Shown here: positions 1-9,104 of the stretch, piece after piece
Layout: each line of letters begins with the position of its first letter
Numbering within the stretch: position 1 is the first letter of the stretch
DNA from: Azolla caroliniana
Lineage: Eukaryota > Plantae > Polypodiophyta
Length of the DNA: 14,642 bases
Reading direction: 5' to 3'
Assembly (NCBI GenBank): GCA_043228905.1
Contig: JBHGNT010000850.1
Location: 1-14,642 of the forward strand
Position numbers and translations under genes: made by a program
Notes under the pieces: model-generated
What the model saw: the letters and a program-made list of their open reading frames with translations, nothing else
Database searches by the model: none
What the model was told of the DNA's origin: nothing

Positions 1-612
1 TGGAGAAGTAGAAGAAGAAACCCAACAAGAGGAACCTCAGCCTCCTCCTTCTCGGAAGAGCATTTCTCCGAGAAACTCTTATCAGATGAGCATTTCCCCG
101 ATGTCAAGCATTTCGGCTATGGGTACTCATGGAGAAGAAGAAAAAGAAACCCAACAAGAGGAACCTCAGCGTCCTCCTTCTCGAAAGAGCATTTCTCCAA
201 GAAACTCTTATCGAATGAGCATTTCCCCGAGGTCGAGCATTTCGGCTATGGGTACTCATGGAGAAGTAGAAGAAGAAACCCAACAAGAGGAACCTCAGCC
301 TCCTCCTTCACGAAAGAGCATTTCCGCGAGAAACTCTTATCGGATGAGCATTTTGCCGAGGTCGAGCATTTCGGCTATGGGTGCTGATGCAGAAGTAGAA
401 GAAGAAACCCAACAAGAGGAACCTCAGCCTCCTCCTCAAAAGAGCATTTCCCCGAGAAACTCTTCTCGGATGAGCATTTCGCCGAGGTCGAGCATTTTGG
501 CTATGGGTGCTGATGCAGAAATAGAAGAAGAAACCCAACAAGAGGAACCTCAGCCCCCTCCTTCTCGAAAGAGCATTTCCCGGAGAAACTCTTATCGGAT
601 GAGCATTTCGCC
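1..612 (+). repeat. Coding tandem repeat, 129-nt (43-aa) unit, ~4.8 near-identical copies, continuing off the left edge
   Basis: Unit starts at 1, 130, 259, 388 and 514 (one unit is 126 nt). Consensus (G/A)EVEEETQQEEPQPPPSRKSISPRNSYRMSISPRSSISAMG(TH/AD). Confidence 0.97.
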
Positions 613-3600
613 GGGGTCTGATTCTTCTCGAGTGAGCATTTCAGCCTCAATGGCCACTCCTCAAGGAAATTTTGCGGAAGCCCGAGAAAAAGAGTTTCCA
701 TCGTCTTCTTCACCTCGAACTAGCATTTCTCAGAGAGCTCTGGATCCTCGAAATAGTGTTTCTCCTCCTCACAGTACGAATGCCCAAGGAAATCAAGAAG
801 CCCAACAGCCCCAAATGAGTGTCTCTACTCTGAGATTTAATTCCTCCAGAACAAGCATTCCTAATCCTCGAAACAGCAGCATTTCACTGCGGAGTATGGA
901 TTCCCAACCAATAGAAGAAGCCCAACAGCCCCGAACAAGTTTTTCTACACGGATGTCCAATTTGTCTGAAATGGTGGACATTTCTAATCCTCAAAAGAAT
1001 GTTTCTCCCCATATCATGGATGCCCAAGGAATAGAAGAAGCAAGGCAGCCCCAAATGACCATTTCTACTCTCAGGTCTAATTCTTCTCGAACAAGCATTT
1101 CTTCTTCTATGACAACTCATCAAGGAATAAACGAAGAAGACAACCAAGAAGAGAAAACCCTGGCTTCTTCTCTAGTGAGCATTTCTCCCAGAGCTTCTAG
1201 TTATCACAGACCGAGCATTTCATCTATGCCTACTCAACCAGGAATAGAAGAAGAAACCCAAGAAGAGCAACCATTGCCTTCTTCACAAATGGGCATTTCT
1301 CCGAGAGATTCTTCACGACTGAGCATTCTTCCAAGAGATTTTTCTCAGAAGAGCATTTCTCAAAGAGACTCCAATTCTCGGAACAGTATTTCCTCTATGG
1401 CTCCTCAATTAGGAATAGATGAAGATAGCGAACAAGAGAAACCATTGGCTACTCCTCAAATGAGCATTTCTCTGAGAAATTCTTCACGGAAGAGCATTTC
1501 TCCAAAAGATTCTTCACGAAAGAGCATTTCTTCAAGAGATTCTTCTCGGAACAGCTTTTCTCAAAGGGATTCTGATTCTCGGAACAGCATTTCCTCTATG
1601 GCTATTCAATTAGGAATAGAAGAAGGCGAACAAGAGAAACCATTGGCTACTCCTCAAATGAGCATTTATCCGAGAAATTCTACACGAACAAGCATTTCTC
1701 TAAGAGATTCTTCTGGGAACAGCATTTCTGAAAGGGACTCCATTTCTCGGAACAGCATTTCCTCTATGGCTACTAAATTAGAAATAGAAGAAGAAAGCGA
1801 ACAAGAGAAACCATTGGCTACTTCTCAAATGAGCATATTTCCCAGAGCCAATTCTCGCAAAAGCATTTCACCAAGCTCTATTTCATCTAGAACCAGCATT
1901 TCCTCTATGCCTATTCAATTAGGAATAGAGGAAGAAAGCGAACAAGAGAAACCATTGGCTACTTCTCAAATGAGCATATTTCCGAGAGCCGATTCTCGCA
2001 AAAGCATTTCACCAAGCTTTATTTCATCTAGGTCCAGCATTTCCTCTATGCCTATTCAAGTAGGAATAGAAGGAGAAGCACAAGAAGGGCAACCTATGGC
2101 TTCTTCTCAAGTGAGCATTCATCCAAGAGACTCTAATTCTTGGAACAGAATTTCCTTTGCAGCTACTCAATTAGGAAGAGAAAAAGAAAGACAACAAGAG
2201 AAATCATTGACTCCTCAGATGAACATTTCTCTGAGAGATTCTTCTCAAGCGAGCATCTCTCCTAAAGCTTCTAGTTCTCGCAAAAGTATTTCACAAAGGT
2301 CTATTTCATCTCGAGCCAGCATTTTCTCTAAGCTGAATCAATCAGGAGTGGAAGAAGAAATCCAACAAGAGCAGCCATTGGCTTCCTCTCGTATGAGCAT
2401 TTCTCGAAGATTTCAGAACAGCATTTCCTCTGTGAAAACTCAACTAGGTGTGGAAGAAGAAAGCAAACAAGAGAAACCATCAGTTCCTCCTCGAATGAGC
2501 ATTTATCCGAGAGATTCTTCTCGATTGAGCATTTCTCCGGGAGCTTCAAACTCTCAAACAAGCATTTCCTCAATGGTTACTCCATTAGGAATAGAAGAAG
2601 ATGAAGAGCAACAAGTGAAATCATTGGCTTCTCGAATGAGCATTTCTCCAAGAGCCTCTAATGCTCAAAACAGCATTTCGCCAATGGATGCCCAAGGAAT
2701 AAAAGAAATCCAACAACAGGATCAGCCCCAAATGAGAAATTCTCTAAGAGTTTCTCGAATGAATGTTTCTCCGAGAGCTTCAAACTCTCGAAGAAGCATT
2801 TCTCCAACAGGTTCAAACTCTGAAATTAGCATTTCTTCTATGGCTACTCAATTTGGAACAGGAGAAGCAGCAGTCCAACAAGGGCTTATTTCAGGTCCAA
2901 ATCTCAAGAGCATTTCTCTTAGTAAGGGGGGAGTTGGAAAAGACCAAAGGAGTATTTCAGATCCAGGGCCTTCTATGGCTTCCCGGGGATCAATAGAAAC
3001 CCAACAAGAAAAGCAAACTCCATCATCTTTGGCCCGAATGAGCATTTCTTCAAGGTCTTCTTCTCGAAAGAGTGTATCCTCTATGGCTACTCAAGTAGTT
3101 GAAGAAGTTAAACAGCCAAGCAACTTGGCTCAAATGAGAATTTCTTCTTATACGGGAAGAGAGTTTGCAAGAATTCCTGCTGAAATGGGCATTTTTCCTA
3201 TTCAAACGCAAGTGCTCCGGCAATCACTAGCACCTCCTATTCTTGAATCTCAACCAGAACAACCTGAATTAGCCTCTCAGAAGCATCGCATTTCAACAGT
3301 TTCTCCTCTAGAAACACAGGCTCAAGAAATGCAAATGCGGACCTTTGGAAGAACACAATCGAGCACGAAGAATAGGGCCATGAGTGTCTCTCCAACACAA
3401 AGATCAAAGCCTCGATGTGTGAAACCAAATGGGAGCCGATCCACAAGCATCTCTCCTAGTAGTGCTGGTCAGCAAGAAACCTCTCCCAAAAGGACCCAAT
3501 TGAATGTTAACACTCCTACTCAAACACAAACACAAATTCAAGAAGTAGGATCCGCTAGAAGGGTGCAATTACGTATTAATAGATCCATGGCAACCTCTCC

Positions 3601-3880
3601 TACACAAACTGAGGGAGACGTAGTATCCTCTCCTAGTAGAATGCAATCAAGAGCTAAAAGACCTCTCTGTATTTCTCCTGTGCAAACACAAACCCAAACC
3701 CAGGAAGCAACGTCTCCTAGAACTAGAATGCAATGTTCAAGTGCTGACAGGTCCATAAGTAACTCTCCTACGTCTCCCCAAAGAGTACACTTGAGTGTTG
3801 AACAGCCGATGAGTATCTCTCCCAAGCAAACAGCAGCTCAACAAGGGGCTCAATTCGTTGCCTCGAATCTAGCAATCAAG
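2..3880 (+). CDS. First visible exon (5'-partial): 1293 codons of low-complexity Ser/Arg/Glu/Gln-rich repeats
   Basis: The frame is open from base 2 (GEVEEETQQEEPQ...), so it starts upstream of the window and not at ATG 86. No stops over 3.9 kb, and repeat indels are in multiples of 3. Donor AAG|GTGTGC at 3880/3881 is followed by an abrupt switch to AT/T-rich sequence. Confidence 0.85.
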
Positions 3881-6622
3881 GTGTGCGATGTGTTATTTGT
3901 AAGAAATATTTGTTTAAATTGTCTTTCACAGTTCAAAGTCATCACATTGGTGAATGTGTTTATCATGTATGACATTTGAATGAACACATTTTCTAACACC
4001 ATCCTTTTTACTGCTATCATTACTACAGGGAGTCCAGTCAGCAAATCCACCTCAGCTGAATCGATATCTCTCGAAGGCCGTATCGCGTGTTTCAGTAATA
4101 ATGCCAACAAAGACAAACAATGTTGTGTTTAGATCACAACAAATGCCCACAACGCTTAGCTCCAAAGTGATGGACTTTAATGAGACATGTTCACCATCGC
4201 CATCACAATCGCCATTGCCATTAAACAATATCCATATCATCACTGAGCTTGTGTTGAGATCCATGGCAGCCATAGCCAGTGCTGTGGCATTCTGTGTCAT
4301 GGTCACCAACACTGTCTTTACCAACGGTGAATGGTTGTCGTATGGAAGGATTGCTGGGTTCAGGTATGCTTCAAGGAGAGAGAGAGAGAGAGGAGGTTTT
4401 AACTTTTAATTAGCATTGCTTTAGAAATTTGTATGCTGGTTTATCAAAATAATCCTTCTAACAAATAGGAATTGGGTCACTTGGGCTACAACCTACCACA
4501 GTTTGATAGTAAGAAGAAATGATACATAAAAGTCTTAAATGAATGCCCATTCATCATGGGGAATTTCTAGTGTGGTTGGTCGACAACATTTATAAATGCA
4601 ATTGTCGAAGCTATAAACCACCATCAACTATAAATCCTGGGAGCCTAAACCCTAAACCATAAATCCAAGATTGTAAACCCAATTTCACGAACAAAGGACT
4701 GGAATTTTCCAATTGGTTATTTTATGAATTGCTTTCATATTGTGACATGGTCCCTTCTAGAGTCCTATTGATAACCCTACTACATTCTTCGTTACAAAAT
4801 GATCAATAATGATCAACTTTCTCACTGGGCAGTGGTTTAGGGTGAGGGTTTCCTTGTATTTACAACTTGGTCCCTTATGAAGTTCTATCTAGAAATGACA
4901 AATAATGTTGAATTAACTGATGGGCTGCTTGGTGCATCATAAACGCTCATGTAAGTATTCCACAATTTGATGACATTCCCAAATAATTTCCTTTACAAAA
5001 CCTGTTTTGTATCTTTAATATTCATTCTGAAGTGTGTCTAATTCATCGTATCTCAAAATCACTTACAAATGTTTGCTACTCTCAAATAATGAAGTGCATG
5101 ATAACAATGAATATAGGTATGTTGCTGGTACCACGGCCAGTGCATTCATTGTTACATTACTTCATCTTGGGGTTATGGCTGCCCGAAGGTTGAATTCACA
5201 AGATACAGCCATAGAAGACGCTAAAATTGGCATAGCTTGGCTAGCGTTTACTATGATAGTGGATCAGGTACTTGTGGTTTCTTTGATACTAACCAATAAT
5301 ATATCCCCAGCAACATTATTTTCTGCTTCTCACATGTATGCCATGAACCAATAAACTCACATGATAATCTTGGTGTATATAATGTTTGTAATTTTGTCTG
5401 TTCCCTTCAGTAGTATAAACATTGTTCAGATTTTGATTGCCATTAGGAATGAAGAGCTGAACGGGGATAGCAACCTTGCTTTGTATATTATAGAGCAAGG
5501 GCCCCAATCACATGTCCAACTAACCCCTATCAGCTTTGGTTTGTCAATCGATCACCATATAAATAATAACACAATGCATCAACCACTAAGATTTGTCAAT
5601 CTGTTACCACACAAGTACAAAGTTGCAAGGATTATAAATTCCAAGTTCTTATTTTATGTCACCTTTATAATGCTTATCCAATAAGTTTGCACCTTGTTTT
5701 GAGCCTCGGGTTGGAGCCGGTACAAACAAGACCTTCATCAAAAGGGGGAAATTGGTAGTTGTCGAGCTTGAGTTTTTCAATGAAACAAGCTCAACAACTA
5801 CCCATCATGAGACCTAGGCTAGATATCTCTGTATCTTCCTCTTCTTGCACAGAACTAACTAAATTTTGTGGAGCTCCCTACAATGGGATGCTTGCATAAC
5901 CACTCTCATACAAGAATTACTCTATTACAGTTAGTAATGCACACACCACCAAATAACAAGGATTTATATCAATACTGTGCAATGGAAATTGCCTCTATTT
6001 TAATAGGGTGTTCCTCTCATAATGCCACGGACTACATGACTAACTCTGAGTACACACTATTAATTAACAGTGCCATTGGCTTCCACCTTCATTTCTCTTT
6101 GTCCTGTTGCTCAATGAGAGTGATTTATGCCCTATATAGTGATTGTCATGCATTCCACACCAATGGCTTTGAAGATCTCAGAAAAAGGCATAGACAACTA
6201 GGATTCCTTACATAGAGTCATCTTAGAACAAGATACATGCCTAGCCTATCTGTTTGTTTGGTGGCCTATGTGAATTGCACATTCTATATTACATTAGGTT
6301 TTAATGTAACTTGGATCATTAAGCATATAAATCTGTGTTTCAAATATCAACTACTTACGAAGGTATTTATTACCAATTTCATGTACAATCAAATGCAATA
6401 CTCCAGACATTAGCATATTTGCTTTTATCTTCTGGATCTGTGGGCGTGGGAGCATTGATGTACATACCTTCTATATGCAAGAGTGCAACGCTCTCACATG
6501 CTGAATATTGCTCCAGGTCCACACTTTCTGTTGTTTTAACATTGGTTACTTGTATTGTGTTTGTAATGAGTGCTATACTCTCCACCTTTAGGTTTTCGCT
6601 GAAAACAATTGGATCGACATGA
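2..6622 (+). CDS. CASPL: CASP-like (CASPL/DUF588) four-transmembrane protein with giant repetitive N-terminal extension; 5'-partial, join(<2..3880,4029..4363,5117..5267,6407..6622), >=1526 aa
   Basis: All three introns are GT-AG and frame-preserving (phases 0, 2, 0). The spliced C-terminus reads ...ELVLRSMAAIASAVAFCVMVTN...YGRIAGFR/YVAGTTASAFIVTLLHL...WLAFTMIVDQ/TLAYLLLSSGSVGVG...IC...EYCSRSTLSVVLTLVTCIVFVMSAILSTFRF. It has the CASPL hallmarks (TM1 LR, F-R-Y after loop 1, TM3 DQxxAYL, two Cys in loop 2) and introns at the usual CASPL positions. The CASPL call is strong; the exon 1-exon 2 join is somewhat less certain. Confidence 0.85.
781..1100 (+). repeat. Older coding repeats with 120/240-nt period
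   Basis: TGCCCAAGGA...GAAG...CAGCCCCAAATGA...TCTACTCT...AATTC..C.GAACAAGCATT occurs at 781 and 1021, with a more diverged copy at 901. Confidence 0.85.
1210..2860 (+). repeat. Degenerate coding array: SISSMxxQLGIEEExxQEKPLAxxQ modules separated by variable numbers of 10-11-aa xSISxRDSSR units
   Basis: 30-nt units are in tandem at 1291/1321/1351 and 1461/1491/1521/1551. A near-exact 141-nt (47-aa) duplication is seen at 1781 vs 1922. Confidence 0.92.
4029..4363 (+). CDS. Exon 2: linker plus CASPL TM1 and extracellular loop 1
   Basis: Acceptor ...TACTACAG|GGA at 4028/4029 is in frame with exon 1 and with ORF 4101. Encodes GVQSANPPQ...ELVLRSMAAIASAVAFCVMVTNTVFTNGEWLSYGRIAGF(R). Donor AG|GTATGC at 4363/4364. 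Confidence 0.85.
4376..4392. repeat. (GA)8 microsatellite just inside intron 2
   Basis: GAGAGAGAGAGAGAGAG starting 12 nt after the donor GT. Confidence 0.9.
5117..5267 (+). CDS. Exon 3: CASPL TM2, cytoplasmic loop, start of TM3
   Basis: Acceptor ATATAG|G completes the Arg codon (AG+G). Encodes YVAGTTASAFIVTLLHLGVMAARRLNSQDTAIEDAKIGIAWLAFTMIVDQ. Donor CAG|GTACTT at 5267/5268. Confidence 0.9.
5754..5802. repeat. Intronic inverted repeat (17-bp arms, one mismatch, 15-nt spacer)
   Basis: GGTAGTTGTCGAGCTTG (5754-5770) vs CAAGCTCAACAACTACC (5786-5802). Confidence 0.9.
6407..6622 (+). CDS. Exon 4 (terminal): CASPL TM3, extracellular loop 2, TM4, stop
   Basis: Acceptor CTCCAG|ACA. Encodes TLAYLLLSSGSVGVGALMYIPSICKSATLSHAEYCSRSTLSVVLTLVTCIVFVMSAILSTFRFSLKTIGST then TGA. 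Confidence 0.9.
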   Translation, partial: TLAYLLLSSGSVGVGALMYIPSICKSATLSHAEYCSRSTLSVVLTLVTCIVFVMSAILSTFRFSLKTIGST

Positions 6623-7167
6623 TAAGATGTGTATCATTAGTTTCCATTCTTTATTGTGAGATGGTATAATTGTATATTAATGTTATCTCGAAGCAAAATA
6701 TCCCACTTCGACATACTTATATGAGTGATATTGGATCACATTTTGTAATTAGAGAACCGGTATCTTTCATGTAAATATTGATATACTCATTGGTTTCAAA
6801 CCCGAAGCAACATATCATTATTGATCAATTTAAGTGATTTTGATGTGGGTCTACAACAATTCACTCCATCCATTCATATTTTCTCCCATATTTGGAATCT
6901 GTGTATGAAATGTAGAATGAACATCTTAATGTAGGACGATATGATGGAATCGTATTAAGAATGAGCAAACTACTCAATTATAATATGACTTATCTAAGAA
7001 GATCATGAAGAGGAGGCTGAGATACACATGTTCTAGTGTACTATGCTGCTTTCTTTTATTTTCTAGGCATCTACACACTTCTTGTCTACTTGGGATTGAA
7101 AGTGAATTGCATTATGTATCACAAATGATGTGGGATGAATATAATAGGGTGTGATTACTAATTGCGA

Positions 7168-7663
7168 TACAAGATTGTGGCTAAGTTCGTAAAATTATTT
7201 CTCCATGCATAAATATGAACAATTGCATAATGCATCTACCTTATGCGTGATATTCCATTACATGGATGATTTATGCAAGTTTATAAAATTAGTACACATG
7301 CTGGACATGATATGATGAGCAAACACTTCTTAGCATGCAGGCTCTCCACAAATAGCATAGGATATTTGTAAAGTTTTGCCCCAATAAATAATATTCTGTA
7401 AAATGTGCACATATTACAAGATTGTGGCTAAGTTCGTAAAATTATTTCTCCATGCATAAATATGAACAATTGCATAATGCATCTACCTTATGCGTGATAT
7501 TCCATTACATGGATGATTTATGCAAGTTTATAAAATTAGTACACATGCTGGACATGATATGATGAGCAAACACTTCTTAGCATGCAGGCTCTCCACAAAT
7601 AGCATAGGATATTTGTAAAGTTTTGCCCCAATAAATAATATTCTGTAAAATGTGCACATATTA
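7168..7663. repeat. Exact 247-bp tandem duplication
   Basis: 7168-7414 equals 7415-7661 (TACAAGATTGTGG...GTGCACATAT), with no differences found by eye and TA microhomology at the junction. Confidence 0.97.
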
Positions 7664-8299
7664 TTAGCGTGCATGTGGTTCTCCACAAATACTAAAAGGT
7701 ATTTGTAGGGTCTCACTTGATAAATAATATGGTTTAAAATGTGTAGTTTGCCATAATTATTTCTTAACAATTGTTATGGAGGTTTGTGGATACTACAAAG
7801 TTTCTTTAGTCATACAATTGATTATTCTATGTCATCTTTTTTAATACATGCCAAAAATTGAGCTCAAAATTTAGAAAATCCCTGATTTTACAAGCGAGTT
7901 CGAAGTCAACGCAGTACAATTCGAATAAACACTAGTCTTAAGCTCTCATTGCCTATCTTGTATCCATTCTCATTTTACTTAAATTAATACATTCATTCTT
8001 CTCTTATCATTTCATTCCCCTCTTCTCGTGATCTCTTTATATCTTTCTTTTGTCTTGGTTCTGACATCATCCGGTTTTTCCGGAAGTTTTGAATTCCTCA
8101 GTTGATTTGGCTTATGTGGGTCATACCATTTATAGGCCATGCGATTAAAATGCGAATGAATGATGCCACAATAGAAGCAGAACTAAGTTGAATGTAAAAG
8201 CAAAAGTGGAGATGAATGTAGAAGCATTCATGGTGGAATCATGGAAGTCTCAAACACATTAGACTATAGAAGTTGTTCAATGGCTTAGGCAAGGATTAG

Positions 8300-8400
8300 G
8301 ATTGATGAACAAGGTTGCTATTGAGGATTGTTTGCAACAATTGGTAGATCTAAGAAATAAGTTGTGCAATTTAGGTGCGCATAGGCAACAACAAATATGC
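8300..8400 (+). pseudogene. Possible copia gag (UBN2-type) fragment
   Basis: Translates MNKVAIEDCLQQLVDLRNKLCNLGA, resembling the gag motif M-x-E-x-x-S-I-x-D-x-x-x-x-x-x-x-L-x-N-x-L-x-x-x-G. It lies upstream of, and on the same strand as, the zinc knuckle at 9126. Confidence 0.45.
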
Positions 8401-9104
8401 TAGAAAGAGGATCAAAAAGTCGGATGCAACAAGTTCATGACAAAAGAGTAGGCCACACTCAAAATTTCACAAGAACTTATTGGTAGCTCCCCAAATAAGA
8501 CAAAAAAACACACATTGCATGACTACGAGAGGTGCCCATTGTGCGAAGAGGCAATTGACAATATGTGAGACTTACAATGTTTCATGTTTGCATTGTGATG
8601 GCTTAACATTGACTTCAAGGGACTCTAATGTTATTGTTGCAAAAATTGTGGGTGTATTTTGCCATCCACTTAACAAGAGCAATGATCTCCGACATTTTGT
8701 TTAGATACGATGATTTTTGAAGTTTTTGGTGACTAGAGTTTTTATGTCTAAAACTCGAAGATTTTGAGATTTGAATATATGTGACTGAACTTTTTTCTGG
8801 AAATCTAGATTATTGGTTTAAGAATATATGTTTATCTTTCCAAGTTTTATGGCTGAAATTTTTATGATGGCTGAGATCTGGAAATCATTTCAACCTATAA
8901 AATTTGTGTATTATTGGATTATTAATCTCCCCTGTTAGAAGTTATAATTAATTAATTCGCTATTAGTGAGCAACTACTTAGTTAATTACTAAATATAACC
9001 CCACACCCCAAGTTATTATTAGTAAAAGAAAATAGTTTTTCATATTAGTTGTATTTCAAAAAGCTTACCTCATTTTTCCCTCCACTTCCTCTGCTATATA
9101 AAGA

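Noticed and set aside
86-88. ATG 86 as start codon
   Set aside because: It is an internal Met of a repeat unit; the frame is open to the window edge.
1-2860. CRISPR-like or non-coding satellite array
   Set aside because: Units are contiguous, codon-multiple, lack unique spacers and lie in an open frame of a eukaryotic gene.
3881-3979. Hydrophobic C-terminal tail of the 1297-aa ORF (VCDVLFVR...MYDI)
   Set aside because: Best explained as read-through into a T-rich 148-nt intron with a good donor and an in-frame acceptor. An intron-retained isoform is possible but unsupported.
104-4324. Minus-strand ORFs over exons 1-2
   Set aside because: Antisense shadows of the repetitive coding strand, with no recognisable domains.
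5361-6215. ORFs 5361-5684 and 5868-6215 as extra exons or genes
   Set aside because: They lie within intron 3. DQ|TLAYL joins directly into a conserved CASPL motif, and the peptides have no recognisable features.
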